This document shows positions 13,133 to 27,327 of a stretch of 64,000 bases of DNA, one piece after another. The stretch spans positions 248,001-312,000 of the forward strand of contig NMRA01000362.1 in NCBI GenBank assembly GCA_002633005.1. The letters are read 5' to 3'. The notes beneath the pieces are model-generated. The model was not told the origin of the DNA and searched no databases. It saw nothing but the letters and a program-made list of their open reading frames with translations. Source of the DNA: Phoronis australis. Its lineage: Eukaryota > Animalia > Phoronida. The stretch's first letter is position 1; every line of letters starts with the position of its first letter. A program made the position numbers and the translations under genes.

Positions 13133-14039
13133 TGCCTCCCCAAGTGGGAGATTCGGTACAAATGTTGTGACATCGGGAGGACGGGGTCGAGAGGGGGGTA
13201 GCGGAGGTGGTGGCGATGGGGGAGTTATTTGGTGACGTCGAAATGGTTTGTGCTCCCCCAATAAATTTTGCCTTCCTACGGGCCTGAACTATATCACAAC
13301 TCAAGGATTAATTGTTTGGATTTTCAAAACGATTATAAATTTGAATTATAACCAAACTCGGTAAAATCGAAGCTTACTCTTTGAAAGTTAGCCAGCTACG
13401 ATGTTGGCTTAAGATCGCATTTGGTCTAATTGGCTGCAGTTTATGACTCTCATCAATGTAAACTGGTTTAACAAATGTCGTTCGTATTTATTGCTTTGTT
13501 TTACCCCCATACAATGAAAAAGTGGTTATCGTCTGCTTCCTGTTCCGGGGCCGTCAAAACACCCAAAGCAAATATAGTGCAACTTAACATCTTGTTCATG
13601 AATGTTTACCCAGAGCGAAAAAGATCACGAAATTGTTGGCCGAAGCCGAATCACGAGACGTCGCTCTCCTTATTTCGTCCACAGGTGGCGAATGCGTAGT
13701 TAGCTTGCTCAACTTAGCGAAAGCTGACTTAAATTTTGGTCAAAGCCAAGACAGAAGGCTAAAAGCCGATTTTTATGTTCATGAAACGGTCTTTTCCGAA
13801 TTTTCGTCTTCTGTGTCAACTCGGACAAATGATCTTAAGTATTATAAGTAATTTTCGTGAAAAAGACTCCAGATCTCAACTAATCATAGCGCCGGAACTT
13901 CGAAGACCTGAAATCATCTCCAGTTTCACTCAAGAATAACTCGAAGCCAGAAGATGTTTTTGTCAAGGAAGGTGAGCTTATAGGCTATTTGACTACGTGT
14001 GTGACAACTGTCTGCAATATCCATGACGACGAGGCGGAT

Positions 14040-15320
14040 TCACGTGGGAGTTGTTGGAAAATTTGTTCTACTGTCAAGGCTTTGCATGCAGACAGAGGCG
14101 TTGCGTGTTGGCGACCACATATGCACAGCTTGGTGTGAAGTTAATCAAAATGTCCAGCAGGGTGATTCTCTGTCACTAACCTTGTTTTCTATATTTTTAA
14201 ATGACTTAGTTATTGATTTAAGCCAGTGTGAAAAGGGTATTGATATTGATAGCTATAATTTGTTACGCTTACTTCATGCAGATGATTTAGTACTTTTTTC
14301 AGGGAGTGAAGACAGTTTACAAGTATTGCTAAATATGTTTCATGAATGGTTTTGGAAATGGAAAATTTGCACCGGTACTAACTTTTAAAAAACAAAAGAT
14401 GCACACTTCAGAAGAAAATGACACATGAGGAGTATAAAAAGGTTTATATATTTGGATCTGTAGGTATAGAATATGCCGGTAGATACAAGTATTTAGGGAT
14501 TTTTCTCAATTAGAATTTAGAATATAAGACAACGGCTCAGGTGCTAGATGAGTCCGCAGGTGGCTGGGCGCCGTTGTCGGTAAATATAAGATGTTAGGGG
14601 ACACTTTTAGCAAATGCTTTGACTACTCTGTTAGCTCAGTCAAGAAGTATTGGTCTGGGGTTTGAGGCTATAAAGGTTTCTCACAATGTGGAATGGTTTA
14701 TTCCAGAGCCCGTCTGCTTGCCTCGGGACGCAGCGGCCAACGCAGGTCTAAACGGAGACACTGGCGGGGCAACAGCAGTGTATAACCAACATGAGAACAT
14801 CATCCGTTTATAGAATCGTTTAATTGTGATGGATAAAACAGAATTCCAATTGAAAACATTCGTAACATATGCAAAAATAAGTGGAGCTCGTCTATCAAAG
14901 ATATATCTTCACACGTTCAAATTCCGCATGCATTTTTTACGAAACCTGTGACTCATGTTGATTATTTTTGTAATTTATGTTTTGAAACAGTGATTTGGTT
15001 GGATCAAAACGTAAATTACGTTTTTATAAGATTTTCAACTCAGAATACTGTGCTGAAAAATATGCAATTCTTTTCGGTGTTAGCACAGTTGCACTCAGGA
15101 ATTTTGCTTTTAGAGGTGAAAATAGGGAGGTTTCCGGGAATTGCATTTAATGAAAAAATATCTCACAAAAGTATGCATATGTAACCAAAATTTAATTGAA
15201 GACGAAATGCATTTTGTGTTCGTTTGCAACAGATATTATAGTTTAAGAACTGAATTTCCAAGTGAATGCTGCCTTTTTGACTTGTTTCTATATTCCCCGG
15301 AAGCTCTCTTGAGTTTTTTT
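14040..15320 (+). mobile_element. Decayed non-LTR retrotransposon (RT and C-terminal CCHC region)
   Basis: VQQGDSLSLTLFSIFLNDL and LLHADDLVLF (RT motifs); later LAQLHSGILLLEVKIGRF and C.ICNQNLIEDEMHFVFVC..Y; several stops and frameshifts. Confidence 0.85.
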
Positions 15321-15682
15321 TTTTTATTGTGGCACTAGATTGTCTCGGGAATTGCCTATATTGTGTATATTAAACGTTTGGGTGTATTCAGGTGACCTAT
15401 AAGTCCAAGAGGCTCGGCTGGGGATGTGTCGCATGTGACTCTTATTTGTTTATCCATGTCATTATATGTAGCAGACAACTGAGCATTTTTACTGTACAGC
15501 GGGTGCGACAACCTACGACAAGGCTGCTACTGGTACTCTTACATTGCGTACACCCTGAAGTTCGTAGGCCACGATACATGAAGACGTGCCAGATTGAGAC
15601 AGCATGTACAGGGGTTGTCGGTAATCTAACCCAACTTCGTAGACAAAATTTGCTTACTGTCGGAATGTTGTTGATGCAAGGG

Positions 15683-18600
15683 CTTATAGTAATGGCAATT
15701 TCAAGTTTGACCAATCAGAAGTGCAGGGGTATCTTTAACAGCGGATCAATCCGAGTGGCGTCGCGAAGCAAGACGCTTCGATGTTTACTTTTTGTTATCA
15801 AAGTTCGCGAACTTTGATCCTTCGCGTCTTGCAGTAAAGTAGTGAAGTGACCTCGTTAGAATATCATTCGTTCTCTTACCGGTTTGATTCAGTTGAATAT
15901 TACAGATGGCTGATTCAATTTCAGAAGAACGGGCCCTTTCCGACGCAGCCAACGTGATTACGAAAGAGTTGCTTGAAAAAGCATTAAAGAAAGACGGGTC
16001 TGGAAATGTCACCGTGAAGGATTTCTCAGTAAAGTGGGCCTCTAAGTTAGGTAAGTCATGAAGTTTACAGCACAAATATTCACACACGCATATATATGTA
16101 CATGTTTCAGTAAAATTTTGCAGACCGATGCATATGTAACACTCACAACATATGAAATTCATTTCTAGCCAAAATCAGGTTATTGTTTTGTTTCCATAAA
16201 GAGACGACCATGCAACGTCAAAACATGACCTAACCTGTTTGCCAAAGAAATTTGACTTTTTATTAAGGCTGTTTACTGCGACAAAAGTGGCTTCATCTTT
16301 CACCTTGTTCAAATTAGAAAATATTGTCTCAAGCCCGTTTTAAGAAATAGACTTTAAGTTTGATTAATTTTTTGGACTTAAGTTTTGTCTTAATTTTGAC
16401 TATTTAGCGGAGGTGTAAGCTTCAAAGTTTGGAAGATGAGATAAATCTTCGACTACATTCAAAAATGAAATGTAGTCAGTTTCTTGAAACGGGATTCTGG
16501 TCTCGAGCATTAGTATTACAAATTATTTTTTCGCCCGTATTCTTCCCGGCATTTGGCTCTGGCCGATTTCTGTTGTTCCGAATTTCAATATCCTTTGCCC
16601 GGATCTTAGGGAAATTGTCCCCCGCCCCCTGCTCCCACAGCCCCCGCGTATTACCTCTGTGGTTGATATTGAAGTCTACCTTCGTCTTTGATATTCGTGG
16701 ACAAAACGCCCAAACATATTTATATATTTTACCTGTTGCATGAGTTGTCAAAACAGGCAATATGTTTTGGGCAAATTGGTCTTAATCCCAGCCCTTTGTT
16801 GGGACATGCGCAGACACTACCGCTTCGCTTCTCGAGTCAGGCAAGTTGGGTACGTTTGAAAGGATTATACTTTGCTATTTCAAAGGAAAGGGACTGTAAA
16901 TACCTGGAGCGAAATAACACTGTGTGTCGGCAGGGTATCTGACATTGATATGAGTTACAATAACATCTTTTTTCAGAAACACAAAGAAATGGAAAGGAAT
17001 TTCCGCAAACAGGCCACAAATATAGGCCTATACATGAAGCTGGATAATTTTCGGCTCGTACAAAATGAATTTAACTAAACACACATTTACCAATGGTGAA
17101 AAAACTCTCTTATCCACACACATTGGTTTTCACTTCGTGTCTATGTTACTGCCACATTCTGCGTTGATTTATCCCGCTGTTTCCGAAAGTACACCCAAGT
17201 GTGTATGTTCTAAAATAGTAAAACTGTCACTTTTGAATAGATGCGCTGCGACTTACTATCAGATTTAATAAGTTCAGGAAAACTTAAAGCTTCATTTGTC
17301 ACTATTTGTTTGGCTAAAATAGAGAATCGAATTTGGCATTTTACTGTCCTAAACTTGCGTTCAAACTGATACTTTCCGTGAAAGAATCCACTTCCGTTAC
17401 CATCTTAAATGCAGAACAGATTCGGCAAAAAAGCTAATACAGTGAAAAACTTACTAGATTTATATTTTTCGCGTGAATGAAATTGTCCATAATTTAAACT
17501 TACGAGTAGATGTAATCACCATGCAGTGCATCGTCTTCTGTGACCATTGTTTACCGACTTCATAGGTCATCGCTAAGTACCTGATTACATGAAGGTAATT
17601 GAACTGTGGGCGTGCTTTCAGTAAAGCTAGGACCTACGCTAGGACCTAGCAAAAATCTAGTCCAAGTCACGTATTCTCATTTAAAATACACGGCAATATC
17701 TCACGTAATCTTGTGAAATCTTGCTTTTTAGCGAGGTCCTAGTGTTACTGAACGGGAGTCGAATTTTATAGAGGAGTTTGGTAAAAAAATAAACACGGGC
17801 TCTGAATAAGATGAAGTGTTTACAAATTAAGTGTTTGAAACCATCATATGCTTTCTGTTGAAAAGTGACTACATTGCTAGCATCATTAAAGTTTCCTTGA
17901 TAGTACTGCGTATCAAAATAGGAAATTCCGTATCCCAAAAACGAGAAAATAGAAGAGCGACTTCAATTGAAAGTTTCTTAGCGTCACGGACATGAGTGTG
18001 GCGTATGAACGTACCCAGTGTGACTGTTATACTCAGTAACGCATGACTTTTTAATACAAACTTGTGCCATATACTCACGCCTCCCTGATGTCCCACGGGA
18101 AATTGAAAAAAACAGAGTGGTCAAATACTAAGTTGTCGCAACCACCACAAACGCAACGCCTCGCCATATCCTGCTTACATTGTACACTATGGGACAACGA
18201 GCAGCAGTGTCGGATGACTTCACACTAAGTAAACACAATGGAGGTTGATACGTGCTGTGAATGGTTGTCCCGATTTTACATAATATGTTTTTACCAATAA
18301 ATGGTCGTACCTCAAGATCAGCTATTTAACATATCATCAGATAGTGCTTGCAGGTGTTTTAATTTGATAGCTGGTCGACTGGTAGGGTGTTTTTGTCTGT
18401 TTTTGAAATGAAATTGGTCATTTCAGCACTTTAACGGGCACTCACCCCAGGGTTAATCAGTATAACTGAAAACGGCGAATGAAATAATGCCCTGTTACAG
18501 TCGCCAACCTAAAGGGCCCTGATCACATTTGAAAATCCTCTGTTTAAAAGTCTGCTAGGTACGCAAGTGTGACTATTGTTTCGGGTGAGTTTGTCCACGA

Positions 18601-21313
18601 ATAAAGGACACCACCAATGTACGTAGAGCCACGAGTTGAATTGTCAACCTCAGACAAACGATAACGCTGAACTAACACGTGAAAATACGGCAATTGAATT
18701 ATTTTCGCCTAGAAGTGAGCAGTCAGCTCATCAGGCGTTCACTGACAGACATCTCAGCTCGTTGCTTTCCGTCTGCGGTGGCCCATAGAGGAACGATCGC
18801 CTATCTCGCACGTAAGGATTTATTTGGGAAATTATTTTAGTTGATCAGCAAGTGAAAAAAACTTTTTTCTGGTGAAATTGGTAAGACAAGATTGAGTACT
18901 GCTTCAACATGCATACATGCAATCAAAAGCGCTCCCTCCAGTCTACGCTACATCTCACAATCTCTCTGATGACGTAAAATAGTGACTGTTCACGATTTCT
19001 GTCGCCAAACAAAATGTGTACGGATCTTCCCGATACTGGTAAAGAACAAACTTAAAATAATGACATTGCCCTTGATTATATTAACCTTTTTTCGTCTCAT
19101 AGTTTGGTGATAGAATTGTACCAAGTAACACAACTATTCAAAAGTTCCCCTGTATGAATGGGTTGTAGTTTCTTACTTTAAAGTGCAGTTTACAAACAAT
19201 TCGCTGTTCTCGAGTCCATTTAATGTATTCTGTGAAAGACGATGCTACCCGTAATATGTGAAACCGCACCATGAAAAATATAGCAAACCGAATACGTTCT
19301 TAAAGCGATTTTACTTACCCGGTGATGTTGCGAAACCGACTCCTTAAAATAGAACGCAGCAGAATATGCACGTCGCCAGTTGAACAAACGAAGTGTCCAA
19401 CTGGGTATTGAACCCGTGCTCAGTCTGCCAGACATTGTTTCTGAAAAATAGAAGTGAATGGAGAAACAAAACGCAGGGGTGCTTTCCGTAACGCAAAACA
19501 TTATCGAGGCACATTTTGCTGCGTATATTATGGAACCCCCCAAAATTCATACTCCAGACTAGCTGACATTTCACTTTATTGGTGACTATCGAGCAGTCTT
19601 CCCTTTCACTCACGTGACTTTGCTTCTGTAGTTTCATTTCCTCACACGAATCTTGCTCATAGGGGTGAATCAAATCCAAAATTAAAGCTCTATTTCAATC
19701 CTGGCTCCGAGACTATATCATTTGACTTGCCTTCGTTTGAGTGCCACTCGTGTTTACTGGCGTTGTTGAAGCATTGGTAGGACTATATGGAGAGTCCAAT
19801 ACAGTCACAATTACAGAAAGACGTTATAGCCCATGGAAGGCTTTAGAGTGCCGTAAGCTGGACAGCATTCCGTAAGGACGAGACACTCGCAAGACATTTA
19901 ATATTCAAGAATATCTCACAATTCAGCATTCAAATCTCGCCGACAACAGTATATGCTAGACTATAGCTTACTCATCAAACACTTTTAAATTTCGTCGTGA
20001 TCACGTGGTCTCGTTCATTAGAGCAACTTTCCTTTCAGATCATCCTCACCGAACTGTCCAAAAACTGCATTCGCCGATGAGTCAGTATAAATTAACTAAG
20101 CATTGCATTTATTTCAGGTGACAACATGGCCACCTATGTGCTTCGGGTCAAGGTCACGGCAATGTACGATGACGTGGAAGAAGAGCATAACCTTATTGTG
20201 AAGACAACGCAACCGAACCAGGCTGTGAGCACCTTTCTGTTGGAAGGTCGCTTATTCAACAAAGAGATTAGTGCATATTCGAAGCTATTTCCAGCATTAC
20301 TTAAGATGCAAGAAGATCTAGGGATCGAGCCCGTAGTCCCGTCTGTGCCAAAATTCTACTATGGTCGTGAAGATGCTGTCGATGTTGCAGGCATAGTCAT
20401 AGTTGAAGATTTAAGACCAAAGGGATTTCGAATGATCGAAAAACGCGACGGGGCTGATCTGGACCATTGTAGATTAGTTATGAAAGAGCTAGCCACGTGG
20501 CACGCTTTGACGTTGGCGTTGAAAAACAGGGACGTGGAGAAGTTGCGACACGAATTCGAATTTGCATTTCACGAGGGACAGTTTGGTCCTTCTTCTGAAG
20601 CTATGATGTCACAAATGTTAAATGATAGCGTGAAAAACATGGTGTCGTTGATCGAAAAGTCAGCGTTCTCCTCTGCGGAAGTAATAAAGCATGCGAGAAA
20701 ATTATTGGAGATTGAAAAACCATTGGAGGAAATAAGAAAAGCAATCCAACCTGAGGAACCATTTGCTCTTATTTGCCATGGCGACAGTTGGTGTAATAAC
20801 ATGTTGTTCCGCTACGCGGATTGTGACGGAGTTCAGAAGCCTGTTACAATAACTCTTCTTGATCACCAGGTTGTCCGGTACGCATTGCCTACCGCTGACT
20901 TGGGTTACTTTTTATTTCTCAATACTTCAAGAAGCTTGCGCAAAGCCCATCTTCAAGACCTTTTAGAGCTTTACCATACGACCTTCGTTAATACACTCCG
21001 TTACGTCAAGTTTGAGTTCCCCGAGTTCACGCTAGACGTCGTCAAAAGCCTGTTCAAGAAGACAGCCATGTTGGGTATATTGTTTGGGAGCATGGCAATT
21101 CCCTTCTTTCAAGCAAACAGAGAAGATCTTGAAATGATAGACAAAGCAAGGAGTGAGAGTGCTACTGAAGAAGAATTTTTGAAGGTTCAAGAAGAGATGG
21201 TTAACGAAGCGAAGAGGAAACAGGAAGAAGAGGGATTATCCGATTCTGACAAAAAGATTAGCGAGATCTTCGTGGGTATAGTTGAAGATGCTATGGAGCT
21301 CGGGGTTTTGTAA
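15683..21313 (+). repeat. Segmental duplication copy B (pairs with 3674-9390)
   Basis: Colinear with copy A at an offset of ~12.0 to 11.9 kb; lacks the ~165-bp segment at ~4289-4451. Confidence 0.95.
20118..21313 (+). CDS. Ecdysteroid kinase-like (EcKL / DUF227) protein, copy B, main coding exon
   Basis: 395-codon ORF; about 58 aa differences from copy A by manual count; HGDSWCNNMLF and LLDHQ intact; acceptor AG at 20116-20117. Confidence 0.92.
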
Positions 21314-22129
21314 GCTAACGCAATTTTTTACGATAAATTAAATACCCAATCAAGGGTGGGTAAAGATTATATAAACCCATCGCTATACTGTAGTTAAATT
21401 TGAGAAAACACTACCACCATGGTAGGATGAGAAATAAGACGTGTTAAAACAGGAAAAGAAATTGTATTCGGAAAGTATGATAATCAAGTAAATTTTGTTA
21501 CATGTTAATAGAAACAGTTGCGAAATTTTAAATCAAAAGAAAGGAAAATTGTATAAAGGCGACCTGAAAATATGGTTGAAAAAGTTAACAATTTCAAAGT
21601 GTTTCGCCAGAGAGTAAAATCGTGCTCAAGTGAAAGGTCGTAAGATACTTCTATTTCAGCCCATGAATGGTATTGTCAATTTCAGTCACTTTAAATCAAG
21701 AAAATCCTGATAATTGACAGGTAATAGAACACGAGAGAAAAACTCTGACAAGACATGACGAGCTTTGTAATGACTTTCTAACGAATGATCCTAATTAACT
21801 TATCCATATGATTTCAATGGAAATATGTGTTTCTGTCTCTCTTCGAGACCTACCAAACTGTAAAAGCCTACTGTGTTCACTGTGTCCACCAAATGTTGTT
21901 CTAACAACGTTTTAACTATGTTCTACCGTCAGAAGATTCCCTTAAATCGTGGTGTGAGGCTGAATGCATGGGATCAATGACGTGAATACTTATCGGGGCA
22001 TTTCACTCTTGCCCGTTCTCAGGAAATTTGTTCAAAACACATAAACGCTCGTCTAACAAACTGGGCCGACAACAATTTATTTAGAGGAACCTCAGGCTAA
22101 TATATTATAATCGACCATTTTTTTACTCT

Positions 22130-23010
22130 GCAAGAGTTTAATTGTTCATAAGTACTTGAATAAGCACAGGGGCAGATTTTGTGCTACACACGTGGATAAT
22201 CCTCGTGCCTTTGACAGCATTTCGCATAAGTTTTTGTGGAATACATGGTAAATTTGGTGAAAAGCATGTATTCTAGGAGTGTGTGAGAATTATAGGTCGG
22301 TAACAAACTTTTCCAGTGATATTTTTGCATGTCAGGTTTTATACTTAGATATTTATTCAATGTGTATCTGGACGAGTTTGTTGAATACTTAAAAAAGATC
22401 TTTAAATAGGGGCTGGCTTTTATGTAGATGGGAATGTTCCTCAAATCTGTATGTTGCTATATATTGATGATATGGTTGGGTGTGCAGAGACGGCAGCACT
22501 TTGTCTACATGTGTTTTGTATGAATACTATCTGGATTGGAGTACAGCTTGAAAGTTAGTGTTAAAAAAACGAAAATAATGGTATTTGGAAAGGACGGTTT
22601 GTGAGAAACTATGAAAAATGGCATTTTGGGGATGACAAAAGTGAGGTTGTCTCATGGTATGCACGTAAGTAACAGGGTGTTTCCTTTACGTCTAAGTTGT
22701 TCTGGACGCAAGCAACGGAAATCTTGTCTCATCAGGTACAAAAAGCTATAATTTTTCAAACAAAACGATTTCATTCAAAGTATGATCGATTCTCCTCGAA
22801 ATTACACTCGGAATCTTTGATAAAATGGTATGCCCGATCAATAGCCATGCTAGCGAGCCAAAGGAAGGTCTGGGGATTAAAAGGATATTTTAGTATCGAG
22901 CGTGTGCAATTGAAATTTTGTAGGCAACTGTTGGGAATTGGAAGTAACAAACCGTGTTGTCCTGGGAGAATTGGGAAGACATCCACTTTACGTACACTTG
23001 CTTGTTAAAT
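22130..23010 (+). mobile_element. Highly decayed non-LTR retrotransposon RT fragment
   Basis: Fragments HVDNPRAFDSISHKFLW, MLLYIDDMV, IERVQLKFCRQLLG and VLGELGRHPL in shifting frames. Confidence 0.75.
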
Positions 23011-24061
23011 CGATTGATTAATGGTTACAGTTGATAAAAACGCCAGCATATCGCAATCCAAGATTGGTATGTTGTTGTTGTCAATTTTCACCAGAGCTAT
23101 AAAACAACAAAGTGCGCCGTCTGCCTGGCATTCGTTGATATCAAGACAGGTGGCTGTAACAAATAAATACCTGTAAATGAGCCTGGAAAGCGACAACTCC
23201 TAAAAATACCGTATAAACAGATGTGGGACATCTACTTCTTATGCATGCTCACGTGAGAGTTATTCATGTGGCTAATTCAAGAATTTTCCGGATAAAAACG
23301 TCACTGAGATTCACTATTTTTGAAACACAGGCAACGTGCAAAATACACGCTCGCCGTCTGAAGAAGTCAAATGTGAACTCCCATGCCAGATGTCCGATGT
23401 TTCTTCTTATCGTCTACCCATAAATCTTATCGTGAAAAGTCTATTTCATTGACACTATTTGTGGTTTGGCACTGGTCGTCCACGGTGATCACTCCTGTTA
23501 GGCCAAAAATATGAACTTTGTGTGCATTATTGTTGTGCTCGTTACTCGTAAGACGACAGACCGAAGTTTTCTTTTTGATCAGATGTTTACCTTTTTATAA
23601 AAATTCCACATATGAATGCAACATTGTGAATCCTGGTTGGAGTTAGTCGATATTTTTGTATATTCTGTCGCCAATTTGAGTTTATTTTGGGGCACAGCAT
23701 GCCACTTTAAGCAAATGAAATTCTGCTGTTTTGAGAGATGTGTCAATTTGAAGGCATTCCACAATTTAGTACTGCCTTAACTGTATTCTTTGAGAAATGT
23801 GCATTGTATACAAGGACATTGTGCAGGTTTGCACATACCAGGATTTGGAGTAAATCAAATATGTCGGTGCAAAAGGTACAGCTTTATATTTAAGTTTGAG
23901 TGATTATTCAATTCTTTTGAAAAACGTTTAACTTTTTTGTGTCGTCCTCAAGTTAACACATGTAATGTGTTGCTTGCCATTAATGGCCAATGGTGTTAGA
24001 GTAATTTTTTTGTTCTCAATGTTAGACAGCGACTCCTTGAAGAATTTTTGATGATGAATGG

Positions 24062-25075
24062 ATGGCTGCGCGCGATCATGAAAATACAGTGACTGTTCCA
24101 ATTTTAAAAATGCACGGTAATGACTTAATTAAGCGTATGCGTGTTTTGATACATGATGTTCATTATCCATCAGCGGCTGTCAGTGGCGGACTCGTTGACG
24201 GCATCATACATGTAAGTATTAATGTTAAATTGGTGACGCATCATATTCCTTGCAATAGATGGGGCGAGCGTACGTGTAGTTCTATTGGTGGCGTTATCGA
24301 GCACAAGTTGGTGGACAGTTTCCTCCTCTAATTGCCTGAAGTGGAGAGACAACGAGCTGTCAAGGGAGAAAACTCAGAGCTTATCGAACGCCAAAACTGT
24401 GGATTTCTGGTCCTGCAGTATCAGCCGCATTGACCGGAACGCTATAACTCAGCTATTGGAAGTGGAACACCTGAATCTGGGAGATAACCAATTACAAAAT
24501 ATCGTAGGAAGACTCTTTACTGCATCAAAAAGTATTATAACCTTAGCCTTGAGCCACAACAAAATCGGCACTCTATCAAGACAAGCTTTGGTTGGTCTGC
24601 TTAAATTAGAACTTCTTGATCTTTCGAGTAACAGATTATCGTCGCTGTTCCAAAACGCATTTGCAGAAACGCCTTCGTTAAGAGTGCTGCGTTTAAATCA
24701 CAACGCTATTACCTCATTGGATGGAAACACGTTATGCGGCTTGCCCGTTTTTGAGGAATTGTACATTGGATGCAATAAAATTTCAATGATACCCAATGGA
24801 ACATTCAACAGGTTGAACAGATTGACGCGCCTTCACTTCGATAGCAACAATTTAACTGCAGTGTACGGGGACGTTTTTCGTGGATTGAGAAATTTAATTG
24901 TTTTGAATTCGAAGAACAATTCCATAAGCGAGGTTCGTGGTCTAGAGCTATTTTCAGTGCAGTACGTGAATTTCATGCACAATCATTTGCAGACGCTAGA
25001 TGGAGAGAATGTTCTTTCTAACAAATTAGTCAGTGTATCACTGTCTTCCACCTGGATTTCGCCAGGAACTTGCCC
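24062..25075 (+). pseudogene. Leucine-rich repeat protein, frameshifted and truncated
   Basis: About 9 extracellular-type 24-aa LRRs (HLNLGDNQL, TLALSHNKI, LLDLSSNRL, VLRLNHNAI, ELYIGCNKI, RLHFDSNNL). The next repeat (VFHLDFARN) is in another frame at ~25045, and the sequence then runs into the 25085 repeat. The N-terminal part is in a different frame. Confidence 0.7.
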
Positions 25076-25084
25076 TGTATTTTG

Positions 25085-26104
25085 TTTCATTTAGGCCTTG
25101 CAACTACCACAAGTACAACCTAAATTTCCAAATTTTTAGCAAACTTGTGTAACGAGGGTTAACCTCGTCGATTTTGTCTTTAAATACTTATTTACAAACG
25201 GATTTCGTTTCGAGTGGGCAAGCCATTTTGTCGCATTGATGAGCGCTCCAAATGCTCAAAGATGTTTATGTCCTTACAGACAGTCTTCGGTTTGTTACCC
25301 TCGTCCGACTTGGACCGGTTTTTCCAATCAAAAAATTCTGTATGTGTATTTATTTGCAAATTGTCACTCCCTTAGTGCTTGTATTCTACTCGTACAAGAG
25401 AAGTGCAAAAAGGAAATTGAACAGCAACGTTCGTTGCTTTTGAAAGAAGGCAATCATCTCATAGACTATTATCGAATGGTGGTGAAATTTCATCTTTTGA
25501 TGCCATTCGCTAAAATGACGGGGAAACAGTCTTAAAACAAAATATATGACAATTACTAACTAAGAATTTTGGTGTTAGATGTGAACTGGGGCCACATTTG
25601 CAAAAAGAAAAATGGCATGTAGTTTCCTAACAATTTAAAAAATTGGTGAAAATTGTCTTAAACAGGAATAAAATAAACGTAGGAGACCATGGAATTGTAG
25701 TTGGTAACAATGTCACAATCAGTATTAAAAACGGTGTCATAGCGGGCATGATTGTGATTTTATACATTCATACGCAGGATACATCATGGAGAGTCATATA
25801 AATAGAGCTCTCTTGGCAGTGCTACCATTCGCATACATGCTGTCAACCATAAACGGCTACCCATTACGTACCCAAGAAAATACAAATTATACCCGCATGT
25901 AGACCTCGTCACCATTTCCTGTGCAACGATAAAATGACAATAATCACAAACTCAACAACAATTTTATTAATATTCATATAAATCATTACAATTTTCATAA
26001 TGAATACACGTTTTATAAGCTATCGCACATCGATACAGGTTTTTCCAACATTTCGAATATAAGATGGTGCCAAGGTGAGGCGGCGAGTCTTCAATGGGAG
26101 TTAA
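25085..26104. mobile_element. ~1-kb dispersed repeat, copy 1, TTAA-ended (piggyBac-like non-autonomous)
   Basis: Colinear with 40790-41810; homology stops exactly at CAATGG(G/A)AG|TTAA. Confidence 0.7.
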
Positions 26105-26981
26105 GGTGGCGTCGGATTTATGTGTTTTCTCATCGTAGACTCGGGAACTAATGTCGGTTCCCAGTACAGACCCAAGACCTTTGCAAGATTAAATGTGATC
26201 AAGTGCGTAGCTGGTAAACCTTGACGATATCTCGCGAACTCTAGAGTGACCTTGCGTTTTTGAAAGATTCTTGTATTTGTAGAGCGCAACCCCGCACAGA
26301 TTGTTTGATGGACAGTGTGACTTTTGGCTACAGCAACTTATTCACCGTGACATTGTAGTTGTTCAGGTGATATTCCTTTGTAAACACGGCATCATTCATT
26401 AACCAATTTCACGACAAGTAAAATAAAGTAGAAAACGTAAAATAGTCAGAAAATGAGTAAATTAATTGAAATCACTGATAATCTTTTAAGAACGGCAAGG
26501 TCATATACATGTACGCTTACAGGGAATAATCTCCTAGAGTATGTGAGTTATCAGAGACACTTAGCAGCATACCTCAGTACTTTAACTCTCGAATAAAACC
26601 TTTTCTTTGAAAACAAATTTTCAAAAATAGGTGCATTGACGAAAATATGATCATAAACGACAAAATTTGTTCCGTAAAATAAATGAAAATAGAAATGAGC
26701 ACAGAAAAAAGGAAAAATGTGATATAGCATGAAAAGATATCTCTAATCGGGTTATAAAAATTGCATAACGAATGACAGCCCTGTAAAAATGTTTGTCGAA
26801 AATTCCAACATTCTGACCAAGGGAGCTTTTTGTTTATGGTATGGCACAATACAATACAAAATGAACTGACGGAATAAAAGGGCCCATGAATTCCCTGGTC
26901 AGGTAAATCGAGTTTCAAATAATTATTATTGTCCTATTCATCGTCATCGTCACTAAAACCATTATCAAGGGGAATCAACAA

Positions 26982-27327
26982 TTGGCCGGACTTCAGAACC
27001 ACTTGCTCGGACTTTAAAATCATCTGACTGGACTACAAAACCCAATGGACGGTGTTGTAACTTGGTGGTCAGACCCGGGTCGAAACGTGATGTCCGGTAA
27101 CTCAAAAGCAAATGGCCTCACACAAAATACTGGTTGGCCGGACCTAAAACGGGTTGGCCGGTGCTCAAACAACAAACTGGTTATAGCACCGGCAACCGTG
27201 TTTTGCATTCAGTCAACTAGTTTTTTAGGTGTTGACATCGTACAACACGTTTGATCACCAACCATTTGATTTTGCAGTTCAGCCGACTGGTTTTTAAGTC
27301 GGGCAAGTGGTTTTGAAGTCCGACTAA
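26982..27327. mobile_element. Fold-back / MITE-like long imperfect palindrome
   Basis: GGACTTCAGAACCACTTGCTCGGACTTTAAAA is matched in reverse complement by TTTTTAAGTCGGGCAAGTGGTTTTGAAGTCC; pairing continues toward the centre. Confidence 0.7.

Noticed and set aside
3674-21313. EcKL duplication as a haplotype-assembly artefact
   Set aside because: About 15% protein divergence, unrelated 3' flanks and a gap-free 6.3-kb unique spacer favour true paralogues; read depth would confirm.
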